Positions 1 to 10,831 of a stretch of DNA of 32,888 nt are shown here, piece after piece (position 1 is the first letter of the stretch; each line of letters opens with the position of its first letter). Under the pieces are notes generated by a model that had not been told where the DNA came from, searched no databases, and worked only from the letters and a program-made list of their open reading frames with translations. The DNA comes from Octopus bimaculoides (taxonomy: Eukaryota), in assembly GCF_001194135.2 (NCBI RefSeq), contig NC_068982.1:42984344-43017231 (forward strand). Direction: 5' to 3'. The translations under genes were made by a program, and so were the position numbers.

Positions 1-329
1 CATACATACATACATAAAAACATACATACATACATAGATACATACATACATAGATACATACATACATAAAAACATACATACATACATACATACATGCATA
101 CATACATACATACATAAAAACATACATACATACATACATACATACATACATAAAAACATACATACATACATACATACATACATACATACATGCATACATA
201 CATACATACATAAAAACATACATACATACATACATACATAAAAACATACATACATGCATACATACATACATACATACATACATGCATACATACATACATA
301 CATACATACATACATACATACATACATGC
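1..329. repeat. (CATA)n microsatellite with recurring CATAAAAA/CATG/TAGA variant units
   Basis: Directly visible tetranucleotide array running off the window start. Confidence 0.97.
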
Positions 330-469
330 ATATATTGTGCGCTTTTTTAGTTTTAATTTGCAAATTATTGCCTCTATAAGATGCCATTTTAACATATATA
401 TTTTTTAAGTTAAGAAATCTAATTTTTCATATGAAATATTGCATGTGGATAAGACTGTTGATACTATCT

Positions 470-1290
470 GTTAAATTGTAAATGATTAGATTAACTGAGT
501 CTCAAGTTGTTTAGCTCAAAATCAACATCAATCAAGTAGACCGATTGTCAAGGAACGCCAATGCTGTGACAATTCTCTCTCTTTTTATGCATAGCATATC
601 TTGATTTGTAAAGTGTACTTACTTTTTAGAACGTAAATGTGACATTTGTGAGAGAATAGTTCTTTATTTCTGTTAGTTCAACCAACAGAAATAGAGACTC
701 CTTCGATGACTCATTACTCAATTCAAAGCATATATTTGTAGAAACGTGGCAGATAAACGTTAGGAACCATAACGATCGAATCACTATCGAGGTATGTATT
801 ACTATATTAGAAAACTGTCTAGGATTAATATAGTTGTATATAAATAAATTATAGCAAATTAAAGATGAATTTGGCCTACGTATACATACAGTATACGTTG
901 GGCAAACTCTCAAATACATTGATTCAACTAAATTCTTATAGAATCTTCTCGACTGCATCACACCCATTAACGCCTTTAAACTTATTGAATATATCTAAAT
1001 TATTAAAAGTGAAATTTATTTCTTACGGGCCCTGTAGGGCTTGTTGCTAGACATTTCTTTTTTTTTTGTTTCTCCATATGGATCTAATTCTTAAATATCT
1101 TGAAGTTTTCTTTTTCATAGCAGACGTAGTCGGCTTTATTTACCAGTCAGATTCTCCAAAATTATCAGATTTTCTTTTTCTCTCAATGTACAAGCATTTT
1201 TTTTCTAAACTAATGATACTATTGGGATATTTGAATCGTTGAAGAATTTTGTTGTTCTTAAATTTTTTACCCTTTTGACAGAAATTTAGT
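470..1290 (-). mobile_element. Possible highly decayed hAT transposase C-terminal remnant
   Basis: Minus-strand frames with stops give ...YSLTNVTFTF*K...RYAMHKKRENCHSI...LIDVDFE and ...ERIVTALAFL. These loosely follow the hAT dimerisation-domain spacing (M...R.N..S...L...DFE). No TIRs found. Confidence 0.3.
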
Positions 1291-2528
1291 GAAAGAACAC
1301 ACACGCTTACACTACATATAACCTTACAGCGCTACACAGATACGCTCACACAAAAACACATGCTCGTATTTATATAATAAAGCTTCGGCGATCGAAAGTA
1401 TTATATATTATGTTAAGCAACATCCTGTCAAGGGATCTGTAAAACCATATTTGAAAAACATTTCACACTGCTTTCAACATGGCTCACCCACGCGCAGACA
1501 CGCATGGATGTTAAAACGCCTCTCGAGAGGACGGTTAAAAGTTGTATAGAAAAAAAATGTAATGCAGGCATCAAAGTTAGATAAACATTAATACTTTAGA
1601 GACCATCTGTATCAACTAGATTTGATATGTTACAACTTCCGGAATCTAGCAGTCTCATTTTTCTTGAATAGGCTTTCAAAAAATATTATAATGCCGTTAT
1701 GATTTTGATCAGATATTGACTTTGTTCGTCAATGAGATAAATTTGCAATTATTAGTGACTCGCATTGATTATGCGGAAATCCCAATTTGTTTTAGATATC
1801 CTTAAAAGATACAAGCATCTTACTAGCGCGTGTGCTATCCTACAATCGATCCCGAAAAAATAAAAGGCAAGCGAGATTTTGAAGTCGTAACAGTTTCTCT
1901 GTAGTGTGACATCCCAAATTAGAGAGAGAAAAAGCATATAATTTAACTTGCTTTATCTCCGAATTCATCGACTTTAACTCATGAGGCACGAACATCTTAA
2001 AATTGAATGGGTTAAAGAAAATAATTCGCGGTCTTCGCTTTTCTTGGGAACTGTCTCTTAGTCTAAGACATTTAATACAATATAATAATTCAATTCTATT
2101 AATCAAAGAAACTAACTCCAGGTTAATTACAGCATATATGAGACTCCATATTGATTCACACAATATTGATTCATACAATAAAGTATTCAATTCTTCCAAG
2201 GAGAATATCAACTTTCTTCTCTATCACAGCCATTTAGTTATTTTAGAAAAGAGTAAACAAATACGTCTGTGTCACCCAGTGACAACCTGGGAGCGAAACT
2301 GAACATTTTGTGGTGCATTACAAAACGGAGATTGGACATTCTGAAATTGAAAAACAAAATTTCATGTTAACTTATCATTAAATGTTTCAAACATTCAGAT
2401 AAAATAACATCGGACAGAAAGATTCCCAATACTAACTTTAGACTTTCTACTTCTCAATTTATATTTCATCAGATTCTACACATCCTTCAGTTCAATCGAT
2501 TAGATGTTATAATTAAAATCATAGTGAT

Positions 2529-2576
2529 GCGGCGAGTTGGCAGAATCCTTAGCACGCCGATCGAACTGCTTAGCGG
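2529..2576 (+). mobile_element. SINE family 1, 5' head only (interrupted by the Tx1-like element)
   Basis: gcggcgagttggcagaatccttagcacgccg...tgcttagcgg matches the heads at 12190 and 27464. The sequence continues at 4031 (ggtatttcgtctg). Confidence 0.85.
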
Positions 2577-2710
2577 ACTCTGTGAAGTTGATACGTGAGT
2601 TTGTGTTGAACTGTTTATTGAATTGTTGCCATTGCTGATTGAATCGTTGTTTGAATTGTTGCCGGAGTTGTTGATTCGTTGATTGTTGCTTTGGTTCCCA
2701 TTGTGGGAAA

Positions 2711-3607
2711 ATGGAGAAGGAGCTAGAGGCAGGCCCAAGTTATGCGGCCGCAACGGGCAAAGGAGTAGATGCACGAGTAGTGTGTGGAGGTCCACGAGAT
2801 AAAAGTGGAGCCTAGAAAGATGAAGGAGAGTGAGAAATTAATCACAAAAGAAGGAAACATTTTGAAGCTGACACCACCGGAAGAGCTATCGGCCAACGTG
2901 ACAAAAAGAACGGTTATATTTAAAATCATGAAGGCAGCCACGAGAAAGATAGAAATACCACCGATAGAGGCCACAGAGGAATGTGTTAAGACTATAAAAA
3001 GATTCACAACATACATTACGAGAGGGAGAAGAAACGCCACTGTGGAGGTGCGCTTCACAACGGAGGAGGAAGCAATAAAGCACTCCGCAGAGGCAATAAG
3101 GACAGAGGAATGGGTGCTCTTATCTTCGTACTGCGGCAAACGTGTGACCAAGGTACGAGTGGGTAAGGTGCCACCCGAATTGAAAGAAGACTGGCTCATG
3201 ACAGCCATAATATATAATATGAAAAACGGGAAGATACTAAAGGCTACAAAGACCCAGAAGGTAGATTACTGGGGATATGGGATCGAATTAACGATTCAGG
3301 CAACAACGGAGGACTTGAACAGTGTGGTGGAAGAGATTGTGCTGCCAGAAGATGTGAGANNNNNNNNNNNNNNNNNNNNNNNNNNNNNNNNNNNNNNNNN
3401 NNNNNNNNNNNNNNNNNNNNNNNNNNNNNNNNNNNNNNNNNNNNNNNNNNNNNNNNNNNNNNNNNNNNNNNNNNNNNNNNNNNNNNNNNNNNNNCTAACA
3501 GAACAGGAGGAGAGACATGAGAGTGTGGACCAGGTAGTATAGGACAAGGCAACAGGAAAAGAAACAGAAAAAGAGAATCGGAACTCAGAGTTGCTAATGA
3601 ATAAAAC
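2711..3607 (+). pseudogene. LINE ORF1 (RRM-type nucleic-acid chaperone), frameshifted and gapped
   Basis: ATG at 2711 gives MEKELEAGPSYAAA (SYAxA is a common ORF1 N-terminal motif). A frameshift near 2783 leads into the 2784-3542 ORF with VEVRFTTEEEA and TKVRVGKVPPEL (L1/Tx1 ORF1-like RRMs). N-gap 3360-3494; Glu/Lys-rich tail. Confidence 0.72.
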
Positions 3608-3798
3608 AGAAAAAGTATGGAAGACTAGGATAAAAGAAAATTAAGACAGGCAACTTTATCTCTAGCCACAATTTACGATCATTTTTTACTTTTCATTTCA
3701 AAAAGGTGTGGCTGGAGAAGAGATGTCTGTCGGAGTGTACGTTCCAAAAGAAATGGAAGCATGTTGCACGAATGTTGTGCGTACAAGGAACCGTGTGA
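3608..3798 (+). pseudogene. Extreme C-terminus of Tx1/L1 ORF2
   Basis: EKVWKTRIK/IKTGNFISSHNLRSFFTFHFKKVWLEKRCLSECTFQKKWKHVARMLCVQGTV*. It aligns by eye with the ORF2 end of the second Tx1-like copy near 19520-19720 (AKEAM*GTQLKGMWTLFFDQALNFFKF*LQMSRLEK). Confidence 0.7.
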
Positions 3799-4030
3799 AT
3801 AGACGAAAAAAACAAAACAAAAAAAAGGTACCAGCGATAGATCGGGGTCGGAGCGTGGCCTGATCATTGCTTCATTTGTATTGTCCCTGTATTGTTAATT
3901 TCATTCGATTTTTTAATATTTTATTTAATTTTTAAAAGTCACATTTAATGTAAAATCATACTGCATTACTGATCCCATCTGTTGTTCTGTCCATTTCTAT
4001 GTTTAGCCCCCGGTGGGCAATAAAGAAATT

Positions 4031-4213
4031 GGTATTTCGTCTGCCATTACGTTCTGAGTTCAAATTCCACCGAGGTCGACTTTGCCTTTCATCCTTTCGG
4101 GGTAGATAAATTAAGTACCAGTTACGCACTGGGGTCGATGTAATCGACTTAATCCATTTGTCTGTCCTTGTTTGTCCCCTCTATGTTTAGCCCCTTGTGG
4201 ACAATAAAGAAAT
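4031..4213 (+). mobile_element. SINE family 1 body with Tx1-like 3' tail
   Basis: B-box-like gagttcaaattcc and gtcgactttgcctttcatcctttcgggg core. The tail ttgtcccctctatgtttagccccttgtggacaataaagaaat resembles 3997-4029. Confidence 0.9.
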
Positions 4214-4415
4214 CAGAATCCTTAACACACCGGGCGAAATATTTATCGGCATTTAGTCTGCCTGTACGTTCTGACTTCAAATTCCGCCGAGTTCGACTTT
4301 ACTTTCATCATTTCGGTGTCAATAAATTAATTATCTGTATTTCACTTGGGTCGATGTAATCAACTAGTCTCCTCCCACCAAATTTCAGGCCTTGCACCTT
4401 TAGTAGAAAGGAAAA
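4214..4415 (+). mobile_element. SINE family 1, lacking the first ~12 nt, standard tail
   Basis: cagaatccttaacacaccgggcgaaat...aaatttcaggccttgcacctttagtagaaag is homologous to 12190-12404. Confidence 0.9.
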
Positions 4416-5449
4416 TTAAAACTGTAGTGTGTCTAATGACAGAACAAGACAAAAGACTGTCAGGTCTGAGGATGAGCTAATAAGACCCTAGTTCTTATTC
4501 TCAGTAGCTATGTGTGAACTGAATTCATGGTATTATATACTGAGGTAGTGTAGAGGAAAGTGTTTTGTTAAGAGACATGCCAAAAAGTCCAAACTGAATG
4601 TTATTTCATACACTACAAACAAGGAATCCAATAAATAACGAGTTTTTCAGCTCACTTCTAAAGAGGATGCCAGTATAACATCCTATAAAACATTAATTAA
4701 CAGACTGAACGGTTTACATTTATTGGATTATTTGCAATACCGGAATTTGTTTGAATCATGATGTAAAACAACAACAGTGTCTTCAAATATCTAATTAATA
4801 CTCATTCTTTTTTAACTTGTTTTAGATTTTAACTATTAGTAGATATTTAGTCCAATTTTAGGACAAACATTTTTAGTTAAAAGATACAAATATTAAATAT
4901 CAATATTAAGTTCGACTGTATTGAATCTACAGAAAACTTTGACTTCATGTGATGTGTTCGTGAAATCTTGATTGTTTCTTCTCTCTGCCTCTTCTCTCGT
5001 AAGAGCAACGGTTTTAGTTTCTGATCTTGTAAGCTGCGAGCTATGATTGTCAATATTGTCGAAGCTCAACTGCTGCATCCACCTCGCCTTTTGTCCTATC
5101 ACTACTATGTTTCACGCTCAAAATCATGTTCTTAACTCTTTGCTTAGTCATTTCTTAAATCCATTTGGAATTATATCACTGTTCACATTACTATTCTTGC
5201 GGTACCAATCTTCAAAAAGTCAGACAGAAATGCATCAATGAAAAAAGAGCAACAAAATGCATGTGCCATGTAATTTTATCCAGTGTCATTTAAATCATGA
5301 TTTCTATTATTGGCTGTAAAGGCCCAGGAAGTTGCAGTAGAGTGCAGTGAGGAAATACGATATCAATAAGATATATACATACATTAAGTAAAACAAAGAA
5401 ATCAATAATGGCAATGAAGGACGATTAGCAAAAACAATGGATAAGTAGC

Positions 5450-5480
<31 letters not shown>

Positions 5481-5503
5481 GTAATAATGATAATAATAAT
5501 AAT
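5450..5503. repeat. (AAT)n microsatellite, probably the tail of the adjacent minus-strand SINE
   Basis: Visible trinucleotide array abutting the SINE 3' end. Confidence 0.95.
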
Positions 5504-5672
5504 TCTTTCTAATCTGAGCACGAGGGATGGGATTAAATCGATTACATCTACCTCGAAAAGATGAAAGGCAAAGTTGACCACGGCGGTATTTCATCTCAGA
5601 ATGTAAAAAGGCGGACGAAATGCAGCTGAGCATTTTGTCAACACGCTTACGATTCTACCAGCTCTCCACATT
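5504..5672 (-). mobile_element. SINE family 1, diverged
   Basis: Reverse complement of the core: gatgaaaggcaaagttgacc...tctcagaatgtaaa...ccagctctcc. Confidence 0.8.
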
Positions 5673-5689
5673 TAGAATAATGATAATGA

Positions 5690-5885
5690 TAATTCTTTCA
5701 AATTTTGGTAAAATGCCAGCAAATTTAGGGGAGTGGTTTAGTCGAATACATCCACTCAGTATTTGAAGGTTACTTATTTTATCAATCCTGAAAGGCAGAG
5801 TTGATCTAGGATGCATTCAAATGCAGAACGTAAAGTCTGGATCAAACAATGCATGATCTTTTTCTGATGTGCTAGCAATTCTGGT
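5690..5885 (-). mobile_element. SINE family 1, old copy
   Basis: gccagcaaattt...ggtacttattttatcaatcctgaaaggcagagttgatc...cagaacgtaaag matches the reverse complement of the family core. Confidence 0.7.
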
Positions 5886-6996
5886 AGTAAACCTAGTACA
5901 AACCCTACTGCTGGGAAACGGTTCATTATTATACGAAGAAGAGAACGGAACTCAGGGTTGCTAATTAATAAAATGTTCAATAACATATATAATGCTTATC
6001 ATATATAAATCAGGGAACCGTAAACTGTCCTTGCAATGAAAATGAAAGGATATGCCCTCTAGGACCTTTGATTTTCATTTATCGAAACAATTCGTAGTTA
6101 TAGATATATAACACTATTTAAAAAGATCAAGTGTTTTGTTTTTTGAGTAGCCTACAATGCACTACAAATAGAACAAAAACAAATAAGTAAAATCTATATA
6201 GGTACGTTAGCTTCTTTTTTTTTTTTTTGTAGGATGGGTATGTCTATAACTCCTTATATACTCCTACAACCGAATCATGACCCTTAAATCTTTTTCTCGT
6301 CCAACGGTTTTTTCGTTTACTTTTCCTTTCGTCAAATTTAATGACAATGAATTTGCTACTTGATTTAGCCCCACCCCAACAAAAGTCCCAAAACAGGATT
6401 TATGGTTGTATTTCGTGTGAAATGTAACTTATGGGTTTACAATTACAACATTTCGAATGTTAAAAATCGAACTTGTCAGAAATATGATACTGTTATTATG
6501 AAAGTTGCTCAGAATCCAGACAAATAATTGCTTCGTTTAAATCCTCGAGTTACCAATGCTGACTTTACAATAATATCTATATTATTAACGAATGCAGTAA
6601 GCGGTCGTTTTACTTGTTCTAGTTAATATTTTCCGTTCTATTTAAAGCTGGAGCCTTCGTAAAATTGTAGAATAGTTAATTTTCACTTCAAGCATTTTGT
6701 GTTCACATTTTGACCGTATTCAGATAGGTTCATTCAATCTTGTATCTTTTATTCCTTTTATTTTTACTTTATTATTTATATATATTTTATTATCTATATA
6801 TTATATATTTTGTAGTTAAAATACTCAGCATAGCAGGGATTATTCAATTAGATAACTGAGAAACTAATGTGAGAAATCTGGACCATAATCTCACCTCTTG
6901 ATATTGGTGATATTTTATCTTTTACAGAATTGTTTTATGTATGTATGTATGTATGTATGTATGCGTGTTTTATTGTATGTTTATATGCTTATATGT

Positions 6997-7440
6997 GGAG
7001 GCGCAATGGCCCAGTGGTTAGGGCAGCGGACTCGCAGTCATAGGATAGCGGTTTCGATTCCCAGACCAGGCGTTGTGAGTGTTTATCAAGTGAAAACACC
7101 TAAAAGCTCCACGAGGCTCCGGCAGGGGATGGTGGCGAACCCTGCTGTACTCTTCCAACACAACTTTCTCTCACTCTTACTTCCTGTTGTGCCTGTAATT
7201 CAAAGGGCCAGCCTTATCACACTGTGTCACGCTGAATATCCCCGAGAACTACGTTAAGGNNNNNNNNNNAAGGGCCAGCCTTATCACACTGTGTCACGCT
7301 GAATATCCCCGAGAACTACGTTAAGGGCACACGTGTCTGTGGAGTGCTCAGCCATTTGCACGTTAATTTCACGAGCAGGCTGTTCCGTTGATTGGATCAA
7401 CTGGAACCCTCGACGTCGTGAGCGACGGAGTGCCAACAAC
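6997..7440 (+). mobile_element. tRNA-derived SINE, head A + 3' module X (contains a 10-N gap and a 57-bp assembly duplication)
   Basis: A-box tggcccagtggttagg and B-box ggtttcgattccc. The head is near-identical to 16107. The 3' module is shared with 7486-7761 and ends in a caacaac tail. Confidence 0.9.
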
Positions 7441-7485
7441 ATATGCTTATATGCTTATATATTATATTTGGTTGTAGAAAATGAA

Positions 7486-7761
7486 GATGCATGGTTTAGT
7501 GGTTAAGATATTCGACTCGCGATTGTAAGGTGGTGAGGTCGATAACCGGCGGCGCGTTTTGTCCTGAGCACGATACCTTAATGTTTCTCCATTTCACCCA
7601 GCTGGCAAAAATGAGTTGTACTTGCATTTCAAAGGCCCAACTTTGTCACATTCTGTGTCATGTTGAATCTCCCGCAGAACTAACTTAAGGGTATGCGTTT
7701 CTTTGGAGTGCTCAGCCACTTTCACTTTAATTTCACGAGTAAGCTCTTCCGTTGATCGGAT
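7486..7761 (+). mobile_element. tRNA-derived SINE, head B / CORE-like centre + 3' module X
   Basis: Degenerate A/B boxes. gtcctgagcacgatacctt...cacccagctggcaaaaatgagt resembles a CORE-type domain (recalled). The segment from caaaggcccaactttgtcacattctgtgtc onward matches 7201-7395. Confidence 0.75.
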
Positions 7762-7901
7762 CTGCAAAATACTTAGCAACATTTCTTTCGGCTTTTCGTT
7801 CTGGTTTCAAATTCCACTGAGATAGATTTGCCTTTAATCCTTTCGCGTTTAAGCGCTGAGGGACGATGTGATCAACTAGCAGAATAAGCGACCACGTAAA
7901 G

Positions 7902-8222
7902 TAGATGATCCCAACCATTACGGCGTGGACCAGTATCGGACCATGGATCAGTTGGTACCGGACCGCGCACAAAGAATAAATCTTTGAAATTTTACTTCTA
8001 TTTTATTGATTATCGTAGTCTGCCGAATGTTTTTGCATTATATTATATATGCAATACACATGCATTATATTATATATGCAACGTATATTCATTACATATG
8101 TAATAATTGAATTATGTATTGTGCACTTTATTGTGATTTATTATGTCCGTAATCTCTTGATCCGTGGAAAAATTATCTTACATTAAACAGGCCCATCGTA
8201 CAAAAATGGTTGAAGAGCACTG
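7902..8222 (+). mobile_element. hAT-Charlie-type MITE (MER1-like ends)
   Basis: Imperfect 15-bp TIRs tagatgatcccaacc / ggttgaagagcactg. 8-bp TSD acgtaaag (7894-7901) / acgtacag (8223-8230), 7/8 identical. Subterminal tccgtggaaaaattatctt...aaaaatggttg resembles Charlie/MER1 ends. Confidence 0.8.
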
Positions 8223-8411
8223 ACGTACAGGAGTCTTCGTCACCACTTATGCTACTAGGCAGTCCGCTTAGATTGAGAGCGAGAGTTTGCGTGAGATTCC
8301 GTAAACCGCAATAGTCGGCTATTCCTTTGTAACTTCCCTGTGTTCTTTTTTATATAATCTTTGAAAGTAACAATACATTGACTTTTCATTAATCCAGCAC
8401 ATGATATTCAT

Positions 8412-8437
8412 TGTATGTGTGTGTTTCTGTATGTGTA

Positions 8438-8495
<58 letters not shown>
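8412..8495. repeat. (TG)n microsatellite
   Basis: Directly visible. Confidence 0.95.
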
Positions 8496-8497
<2 letters not shown>

Positions 8498-8776
8498 CAC
8501 GCGCATGTGCAACATTTCTACAATCAAATATAATGTACATACATAAAAAAAAACGATTAAATGGAAAAAGACGTATCACCAATGTCAAGAGGTGAGACTA
8601 TGGTCCATTTTTTTACAATTAGTTTATCAGATATCTAATTGAATAATTCATGATACGCCGAGTATTTTTACTTAAATCATCTCAAGGCTGAATTAATGCC
8701 ATCGATTCAACATTTCAACAAAACATAGTAATGTATAATTAATTGTATATTAAGTCTTCATTATACTTTTGATACA

Positions 8777-8822
8777 ATGTATGAGTGTATATACAAGCAT
8801 GCATGTATATATGTATGTATCG

Positions 8823-8857
<35 letters not shown>

Positions 8858-8898
8858 CATAAACATACATACACACACACACATATATATATATATGT

Positions 8899-8932
<34 letters not shown>

Positions 8933-8935
8933 CAT
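8777..8935. repeat. Compound (TA)n/(CA)n/(TATG)n microsatellite
   Basis: Directly visible; it generates the IYIY ORFs. Confidence 0.95.
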
Positions 8936-9931
8936 AATGTGCGTGTTTTTCTTGCATATTTTTTAATTTTTACATCTGTCCAGTTAGGGAACTGGTTTCC
9001 AAATGTGACAGACGTATACTCGACAAAAGTCACATACCGGCCTGTAAGGAATCTTGCGTACTTTTATAGTGCTACTAATGTCTGAGCATATGTATATATT
9101 ATTTTGTATTACTTTACCTTATCTGTTTATCTATACAGTTTCTATTTCTATGCCTTCTCTGTGTGTACATGTTGGTTACGTACTTTCTGTTCCATTCTCA
9201 TTCTTTTAATTTCACATATAGAACTTCCTTCTTCTTTCATTCTCCGTCCACTTACTCACACATACAAACTCACATATTTATGGATACCTCTGAGCTAGCA
9301 TATGGACAAATATGTTTGAATACTGCCTCTAACCATTACTTAGAGTTTCATGGTTGGAGACAGTATTCAGATGATGACGGCTGGTGTTGAGAACTCCGTT
9401 ACATTATAGAGCAAGGATGGGCAACAATGAGAATCAAGAATTATTTCCCTATATAGGGAGGTTTGGCATAATCATTATGTGAAGGAACACAAATATCAAA
9501 TAAACTAAAACTAAATTTAAGATTTGAAATAAAAAAATATACTGTCCAATGATAACATATATGCCATTGAGGGTTTTAAAATGCGAACCCAAAATAGCCT
9601 GCATTTATCCATGTTACTTGGAAAAAAATTAACTGTTGTTTTCAGAAAATATCCTTAATTGGCAAGTACTTAAAACCGACCACAAAAGCACCCAAAATAA
9701 TTAACAAACTTTGAATCTAAATGCTTTGAAAAATATACCTCAACTTATATCTTATTCTTGAGTTAATATTTCTGAATCATTAGCATATAATTAAAATATT
9801 TGCAAGTTAATATAATTCACTCGCACAAACAAATTTTTAAAGATCATTCGAATAATACCTATTTCTTCTATATATGAGAAAAAGAAAAATAAACTATAAA
9901 ATGATAGAACGATATATGCATATGTAAAACT

Positions 9932-9971
9932 CTATCTATCATCTGTCTGTCTGTCCGTCCGTCTGTCCGTG

Positions 9972-10029
<58 letters not shown>

Positions 10030-10052
10030 GCTAGCTAGCTAGCTATCTATCC
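9932..10052. repeat. (TCTA)n/(TCTG)n/(TCCG)n/(CTAG)n compound tetranucleotide array
   Basis: Directly visible. Confidence 0.95.
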
Positions 10053-10129
10053 ATCTATCTATACACACATACATATGCGTAGAGAGAGTTAATACATACA
10101 TACACACACGCACACACAAAAAACATATC

Positions 10130-10525
10130 TTGATAATAAGGAGAATAAAGAATTTGAACATTCAAACTTTATGTTTATTTACAGTTGGTTCATTCACGTG
10201 TTTCGATTGCATTAATTGCATATTATTGTATATTTATTTGCAGCGATTTATGCATTATTAGTACTATCTCTTCAGGATGTATAAATATGACATTGTTCGA
10301 AGAGGAATTTCAAACTAATAACGGAGGAAAATTCCTCTTCGAACAATGCCATATTTGTACACCCTGAAAAGGGCGTACTAATAATGCATAGATCGCGGCT
10401 TATGAATATGCAACAATATGCAGTCAATGCGATCGAAACACGTGTCGGAAAATTATTTTAATGAACCTACTGTAAATAAACATAAAGTTCGAATGTTCGA
10501 ATTCTTCATTCTCCTCATTATTAAT
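10130..10525. mobile_element. ~400-bp fold-back palindrome, possibly inverted Penelope-like pseudo-LTRs
   Basis: Perfect inner 20-bp arms 10291-10310 / 10329-10348 with an 18-nt spacer. Imperfect pairing continues outward ~180 bp. The arms carry CTGAAGA/CTGAAAA ... CGAAAC motifs. The palindrome is certain, the class is inferred. Confidence 0.7.
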
Positions 10526-10781
10526 ATTGTACTTTTATAAATAGAGAAATTCGGTATCTGCTATATATATATGAGAGCATGCTTCAAGCATCGAAGAATG
10601 TAAAAAGGGAGAAAATAGACAGCTTCTCATGATGCAGAAAGTTTATATATTAATGGATCCTACATAATTCTTTTCTAGACTGTTCTTTTCTTCCGACGAC
10701 GGGACTTTGAGTTCAAAATATATTAAGATATTATCAAACTTTCCGCATTGTTAGAAACTATTTTCTCTCTTTTTACATTCT

Positions 10782-10784
<3 letters not shown>

Positions 10785-10831
<47 letters not shown>

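Larger units (their letters stand above)
2577..4030 (+). mobile_element. Internally deleted Tx1/L1-like non-LTR retrotransposon (5'UTR + ORF1 + ORF2 end + 3'UTR)
   Basis: TTG-rich 5'UTR, ORF1-like frame, ORF2 C-terminal codons at 3608-3798, and a 3' end ctatgtttagcccc...aataaagaaat. Both ends abut the two halves of one SINE. Confidence 0.75.

Noticed and set aside
1519-1530. Perfect 12-bp palindrome cctctcgagagg
   Set aside because: Short and isolated; compatible with chance.
2487-3208. Minus-strand ORFs 2487-2795 and 2723-3208
   Set aside because: Antisense shadows of the TTG-rich 5'UTR and ORF1 of the Tx1-like element.
9412-9425. hAT-like TIR start caaggatgggcaac (similar case cattggttctcaaac near 22537)
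   Set aside because: No partner TIR or TSD was found.
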